A DNA stretch of 37,997 nucleotides from an uncultured Spirochaetaceae bacterium (GTDB taxonomy: Bacteria > Spirochaetota > Spirochaetia > DSM-27196 > PWMO01): positions 1 to 37,997 of the forward strand of contig CAZLDK010000003.1 in assembly GCA_964558285.1 (NCBI GenBank), read 5' to 3'. Shown here one piece after another: positions 33,894 through 37,997 of the stretch. Below the pieces are notes generated by a model, which was given only the letters and a program-made list of their open reading frames with translations, made no database searches and was not told where the DNA came from. A program made the position numbers and the translations under genes. Each line of letters opens with the position of its first letter. Position 1 is the first letter of the stretch.

Positions 33894-35189
33894 TCAGACA
33901 GCTACAGGGACCCCACCGTATACCTTGGCGATCTTGTCCAAATCTTCGGTCGTGGGATTCAGGGAAACACCCATGTCGTCCCGCATCTCCCGAAAGGCTT
34001 CGACCGTCCGTGCGATCTGTTCCTCGTTGTGGGCGGCGGTGGGGATAATCCGGAACATCAAGAGCCCGACGGGAATCACCGGGTACATAACGGCAGTCAC
34101 GAAGATTCCCTTCTCCCGGAGAAACTGGACGGTGCGCATACCCACCCGCTCTACCGCCTCGTCGGCGACAGGCATAAAAACCGAGCAGATGGGAGATTCT
34201 CCCGGCCCTACGAGGTATCCGAGCTCTTTCAGGTCCGCCTTCAGCTTGTCCGAAATCTCCCACATTCGTCGTCGTCGGTCGTCGCCGGCGACTACCAACT
34301 CCAGGGTCTTCTCCAGCGCCTTGACGTAGACCATCGGGAGGCTCTTCGCGAAGACCTGCGTCCGGGCGTTGTAGGCAATCCAGTCGACTACAGCCTGGGT
34401 CGACGCCGAGAAGCCGCCGATCGATGCAAAAGCCTTTGCGAAGGTCCCAAAATAGACGTCGACGCCGTCTTGAACGCCGTAGTGGTCCCCGGTGCCGCGC
34501 CCCTGTTTTCCCATGACGCCCCATCCGTGGGCATCGTCGACGAAGAGCCGGGCGCCGTACTTCTCCTTCAGGGGGACGATTTCATCCAGCTTTGCGAGGT
34601 CCCCGGTCATCCCGTAGACCCCCTCGGTTAGGATGAGAACGCCGCCCTTCCGGTCCCGATTAGTCTTCTTAAGGATGGTTTCGAGGCTGTCCATGTCGTT
34701 GTGGCGGAAGACCCTTAAGTTGCCCCGGGACAGGAAGGCCCCGTCGACGATACAGGCGTGGGCCAGCTTGTCCATCACGATTGTGTCTTCCGGCGACACG
34801 AGGGCCTGGATCGTCCCGAGTACTCCGAGGTAGCCGTAGTTGAACAAGAACGCGGCTTCCTTCTCGGAGGCCGCCGCAAGGCTTCTCTCGAGGGCGAGGT
34901 GGTGCTCGGTGTTCCCGGTCATCATCCTCGATCCCATGGGATTCGAGACGCCGTATTCCTTGACCGCCTCGATCGCCGCAGCCTTGACCTCCTCGGAATC
35001 GGCGAGGCCGAGGTAGCTGTTTACCGACCACATAATTCGGTTCTCGCCCTCGAAAACCATCTCGGTGCCGGCCTTCGGCTCCACGATCGGACGGGTAAAG
35101 TAGTGGTCGTTCATCGCCCGGAGAATCCCGAAGTATCCTTGGTCGGTATCGCACTTGGCGAAAAGATCGGTCATCTGGTTGTCGCTCAT
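33894..35189 (-). CDS. PLP-dependent alpha-oxoamine synthase family enzyme (BioF/KBL/serine-palmitoyltransferase-like)
   Basis: SVNSYLGLA, FNYGYLGVLG and DDAHGWGVMG motifs, and the PLP-lysine motif GTFAKAFASIGGF. Start trimmed to ATG 35189 (MSDNQMTDLFAKC). Confidence 0.85.
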   Translation of the reverse strand: MSDNQMTDLFAKCDTDQGYFGILRAMNDHYFTRPIVEPKAGTEMVFEGENRIMWSVNSYLGLADSEEVKAAAIEAVKEYGVSNPMGSRMMTGNTEHHLALERSLAAASEKEAAFLFNYGYLGVLGTIQALVSPEDTIVMDKLAHACIVDGAFLSRGNLRVFRHNDMDSLETILKKTNRDRKGGVLILTEGVYGMTGDLAKLDEIVPLKEKYGARLFVDDAHGWGVMGKQGRGTGDHYGVQDGVDVYFGTFAKAFASIGGFSASTQAVVDWIAYNARTQVFAKSLPMVYVKALEKTLELVVAGDDRRRRMWEISDKLKADLKELGYLVGPGESPICSVFMPVADEAVERVGMRTVQFLREKGIFVTAVMYPVIPVGLLMFRIIPTAAHNEEQIARTVEAFREMRDDMGVSLNPTTEDLDKIAKVYGGVPVAV

Positions 35190-35342
35190 TCGTATCAAAT
35201 ATGACTCGTGGGGAAAATTGTCAACGTAGGCAAAGCATAATCCCGCCGATTCATCGAAAACTGACCAATTGAGCACCTTTCGTTGTCAATAACCCGTTTG
35301 GGCTTGATGAATATTTGAATATCAGATTCAGTTTATGTAGCT

Positions 35343-35966
35343 ATGGATCGTAAGACACTATTGAGCCTAGGACAGAGACTCTTCGCCCGGTATGGCTATC
35401 GCGACGTGTCGATTGCCGACATAGCCCGGGAAGTAGGGATGAGTGTGGGCAGTTTCTACAACTACTTCGAGAGCAAGGAGGCGTTCTACGGGGCGATTCT
35501 CGATGCCATCGAGGAAGAGGGAATCAAGAACGCCAACGTCGTCGTGCACCGACTCCATTCGCCGATGAACAAACTCAAGGCCGTCTATCGTTTTTCGACC
35601 CTGGGGCTAAAGAACAACGTGATCCTCCGGGGGGTCATGCTCCGGGACGAGAAGTATCTCTTTCCCGGTATTGCCGGACGGAGCGACCGTCTCCGAGCAC
35701 ACATCGAGGGCCTCGTTCGGGAAATCATTCTCGAAGGAACCTCCAAGGGCGTTTTTCGGACCGGTCTCTATCAGGATCCCGCGAAGATGATTCTCGCGAT
35801 CTTCGACACCATCGTCGTTCGTCTCGAGGACCCGGGAGTCGACGTTCTGATCGCCGACATTCTTACCTTGCTGCAGCGAGGTCTTCGGCGCTCGCTACGA
35901 CTGCGGCGACGGGACGAGCGAGTCGACCGGAGGAACCGACGCAGAGGCGCCGAGGATCCGCTCTAG
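35343..35966 (+). CDS. TetR/AcrR-family transcriptional regulator
   Basis: N-terminal HTH YRDVSIADIAREVGMSVGSFYNYFESKEAFY. Divergent from the alpha-oxoamine synthase gene. Confidence 0.88.
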   Translation: MDRKTLLSLGQRLFARYGYRDVSIADIAREVGMSVGSFYNYFESKEAFYGAILDAIEEEGIKNANVVVHRLHSPMNKLKAVYRFSTLGLKNNVILRGVMLRDEKYLFPGIAGRSDRLRAHIEGLVREIILEGTSKGVFRTGLYQDPAKMILAIFDTIVVRLEDPGVDVLIADILTLLQRGLRRSLRLRRRDERVDRRNRRRGAEDPL

Positions 35967-36193
35967 CCCCGGGCAACCAGGTCGTCGTAGATCCGACGAA
36001 TCTGGTCGGCGTATTCCGGGGGCGCCAAGAGGTGCCCCCATCCCATCTGGAGCTGGAAGATGCCGTCGTAGGCGGAGTCGTGGTTGCTTATCAATTGATA
36101 GGGTATTCCCTCGTCCTCGAGATGCGACGTTACCAGCCGCGCTTCGATTTCGTTGCGGAACTCCAAAACTCGCTCGTGTTCCTTTTCTTTCAT
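35963..36193 (-). CDS. small DUF2007-like protein (putative signal-transducing, PII-like fold family)
   Basis: 76 aa. EIEARLVTSHLEDEGIPYQLI...GWGHLLAPPEYADQIRRIY fits the DUF2007 pattern from memory. Overlaps the TetR stop by 4 nt on the opposite strand. Confidence 0.5.
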   Translation of the reverse strand: MKEKEHERVLEFRNEIEARLVTSHLEDEGIPYQLISNHDSAYDGIFQLQMGWGHLLAPPEYADQIRRIYDDLVARG

Positions 36194-36201
36194 CCCGGGG
36201 C

Positions 36202-36230
36202 ATTGTAGTGCCGCAATACCCTAGACGCAA
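36202..36230 (-). promoter_or_regulatory. candidate promoter TTGCGT-17-TACAAT directly abutting the DUF2007-like start codon
   Basis: Minus-strand -35 TTGCGT (36225-36230), 17 nt spacer, -10 TACAAT (36202-36207), then 8 nt to ATG 36193. No SD. Confidence 0.35.
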
Positions 36231-36301
36231 GAATGTAAAAGGAGCGAAGTTGACCCTTCTTGGACCGGAAGCCTGTATAAATTTGTGCACAACAGGGCAT
36301 A

Positions 36302-36330
36302 TTGACAATCCCGGCGACTAGCGCTATGTT
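36302..36330 (+). promoter_or_regulatory. candidate sigma70 promoter of rny (TTGACA-17-TATGTT)
   Basis: TTGACA 36302-36307, 17 nt spacer, TATGTT 36325-36330, about 30 nt upstream of ATG 36362 with the SD GGAGGG. Confidence 0.45.
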
Positions 36331-36361
36331 GGCCTATTATCAACACAAGCGGAGGGTCAAC

Positions 36362-37891
36362 ATGGGACTTTTGACCTGGGTTGCCCTACCTCTTGCTGGT
36401 GTGATTCTAGGTTGGTCAATCCGATGGCTGTACGCCAGATTTCAACTTTCTTCCTTGGAGCAAAAGTCTGAAAGACTAAAGCGAGATGCCCAGAAGGAAG
36501 CGGAGGCCAAAAAGCGAGAGATACTGCTTGAAACCAAGGATGAGCTCCTAAGGGAGCGTAACGAGCAAGAGAGGGAGCTTCGAGAACGAAGAAACGAGTT
36601 GCAGCGCTTCGAAAAACGGTTGTTGCAGCGAGAAGAAAACTTAGAGCGGAAGACGGCGTCCGTGGAGGAGCAGCAAGAGTCCTTCGGAAAGATTGAGACG
36701 GAACTTGCTGAACGCGAAGCCGGTATTCGAGACCAGGAGGAGCACTGGCGTAGGGAGCTGGAAACGGTATCCGGACTAACTCCGGAGCAGGCTAAGAAAC
36801 TCATTGTCGATTCTCTCGCCGACGAAGCCCGGCACGAGGCGCAGGGAGTCATCAACAGGATAGAGCAAGAAGCCGCCGTTACGGCAGACCGGGAAGCGAG
36901 AGAGATCCTCGTTTCGACGATCCAGCGCATGGCCTCGGAAGTTAACGCCGAGGTTACGGTAACCTCCGTTAGTCTTCCGAACGACGAGATGAAAGGGCGA
37001 ATAATCGGCCGGGAAGGTCGGAATATTCGAACCCTCGAAACGCTCACCGGTGTCGACATCATCATCGACGATACGCCCGAGGCGGTCGTCGTATCCTGTT
37101 TCGACCCGGTCCGAAAGGAAATCGCTCGACGCTCACTCGAACGCCTCATCGCAGACGGCCGTATCCACCCCACCCGGATCGAAGAAGTGGTCCAGAAGGT
37201 TACCGGGGAGATAAGCCAGTCGATCTACGACGAGGGCGAACGGGTCCTCTACGAGCTCGGTATCCATAACATGAAGCCGGAAGGTATTCGTGGCATTGGA
37301 CGTCTTCAGTTTCGCACCAGCTACGGGCAAAACGTCCTGGCGCATAGCAAGGAAGTTGCTATTCTGTCGGGGATGATTGCCGCAGAGGTTAGGGCCGATA
37401 CAGAGTTATCCCGTCGCGCGGGTCTACTCCACGACGTGGGGAAGGGCATAGAAAGCGACGGTGACAGCAATCACGTGGAGCTTGGCGTAGAACTGGCGAA
37501 GCGCATCGGTGAGGACGACAAACTGATCAACGCCATCGCGGCGCATCACGGCGACGTTCCCCACAGCTGCATCGAGTCGGTCGTCGTTCAGGTTGCGGAC
37601 GCGCTGTCCGCCTCCAGGCCGGGGGCCCGGCGAGAGACGCTGGACAACTACATCAAGCGACTGGAAAACCTCGAGCGGATCGCCGAGGACTTCGACGGAG
37701 TCGACAAGGCGTACGCGATCCAGGCGGGGCGGGAGCTTCGCATCATGGTCGATCACGAGCAGGTCAGCGACGTAGAGGCCAAGGAGATCGCGAAAGAGAT
37801 CGCCCGGAGAATCGAGGCCCAGCTTCGGTACCCCGGACGCATCAAGGTTACGATGATCCGAGAGACCCGTATCATTGAGTACGCACGGTGA
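36362..37891 (+). CDS. rny: ribonuclease Y
   Basis: N-terminal TM MGLLTWVALPLAGVILGWSI, coiled-coil region, KH motif GRIIGREGRNIRTLETLTGVDIIIDD, and HD motif LLHDVGK. The track ORF start 36302 is replaced by ATG 36362. Confidence 0.95.
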   Translation: MGLLTWVALPLAGVILGWSIRWLYARFQLSSLEQKSERLKRDAQKEAEAKKREILLETKDELLRERNEQERELRERRNELQRFEKRLLQREENLERKTASVEEQQESFGKIETELAEREAGIRDQEEHWRRELETVSGLTPEQAKKLIVDSLADEARHEAQGVINRIEQEAAVTADREAREILVSTIQRMASEVNAEVTVTSVSLPNDEMKGRIIGREGRNIRTLETLTGVDIIIDDTPEAVVVSCFDPVRKEIARRSLERLIADGRIHPTRIEEVVQKVTGEISQSIYDEGERVLYELGIHNMKPEGIRGIGRLQFRTSYGQNVLAHSKEVAILSGMIAAEVRADTELSRRAGLLHDVGKGIESDGDSNHVELGVELAKRIGEDDKLINAIAAHHGDVPHSCIESVVVQVADALSASRPGARRETLDNYIKRLENLERIAEDFDGVDKAYAIQAGRELRIMVDHEQVSDVEAKEIAKEIARRIEAQLRYPGRIKVTMIRETRIIEYAR

Positions 37892-37997
37892 TTCGATAAG
37901 GGTTCTCTTCCTCGGCGACATCGTCGGCTCCCCGGGACTCCGGGCGGTGGTCACGATGCTCCCGGGGATTATCCGAGATGTCGGCAGTGACCTCGTC
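37875..37997 (+). CDS. YmdB-like metallophosphoesterase (TIGR00282 family), N-terminal fragment running off the window
   Basis: My translation gives ...IRVLFLGDIVGSPGLRAVVTMLPGIIRDVGSDLV, matching the YmdB N-terminal DxH-type motif region. Lies downstream of rny, as in many Firmicutes and Spirochaetes. The start codon is uncertain (in-frame TTG 37875). Confidence 0.6.
   Translation, partial: MSTHGDSIRVLFLGDIVGSPGLRAVVTMLPGIIRDVGSDLV

Overview
GC-rich bacterial chromosomal window, densely coding, with about 44 genes and one tRNA. I found no rRNA, CRISPR array, transposase, integrase or prophage signature. Gene order resembles a Spirochaetota-type core genome: a BMP/PnrA-type ABC operon, rpsF-ssb-rpsR-DUF2232-rplI-dnaB, and rpsB-tsf-frr-uppS-cdsA-rseP without pyrH. 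This is inference from synteny only. Layout by region: (1) 1-4023(-) BMP-family ABC uptake operon, then 4140-5558(+) an FGGY sugar kinase. (2) 5969-16545(-) a 10.5 kb one-directional nitrogen/carbon-signalling cluster: hypothetical, EIIA(Ntr)-like fusion, pyruvate kinase, GAF sigma54 activator, a perfect sigma54 promoter, amt, PII, an intrinsic terminator, and an oversized GlnE. (3) 16648-21293(+) ribosomal protein and replication operon ending in a ComFB-like gene. (4) 21290-29699(-) rpsB-to-rseP housekeeping string plus a secreted beta-propeller protein, maf and a DUF4321-like gene. (5) tRNA-Arg(CCG). (6) 29993-33838(+) GNAT-Nudix fusion, PP2C phosphatase, Gx-transporter-like protein, membrane protein and tandem-VOC protein. 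(7) An alpha-oxoamine synthase divergent from a TetR regulator, a DUF2007-like protein, rny, and the start of a YmdB-like phosphoesterase. The most unusual content is the nitrogen cluster: GlnE carries about 300 extra N-terminal residues resembling a GlnD-style ACT pair, the PII lacks the Tyr51 uridylylation site, and an EIIA(Ntr) domain is fused to a PII-like module and co-operonic with a pyruvate kinase whose PEP-utiliser-like tail has no histidine. Secondary observations are several likely leaderless genes (TACAAT 6-8 nt before the start codon), low-complexity extensions on S6, S18, S2 and L9, and a possible frameshifted small membrane/wHTH gene. I see no defence or mobile system. All functional calls rest on motif recognition by eye and no searches were run.
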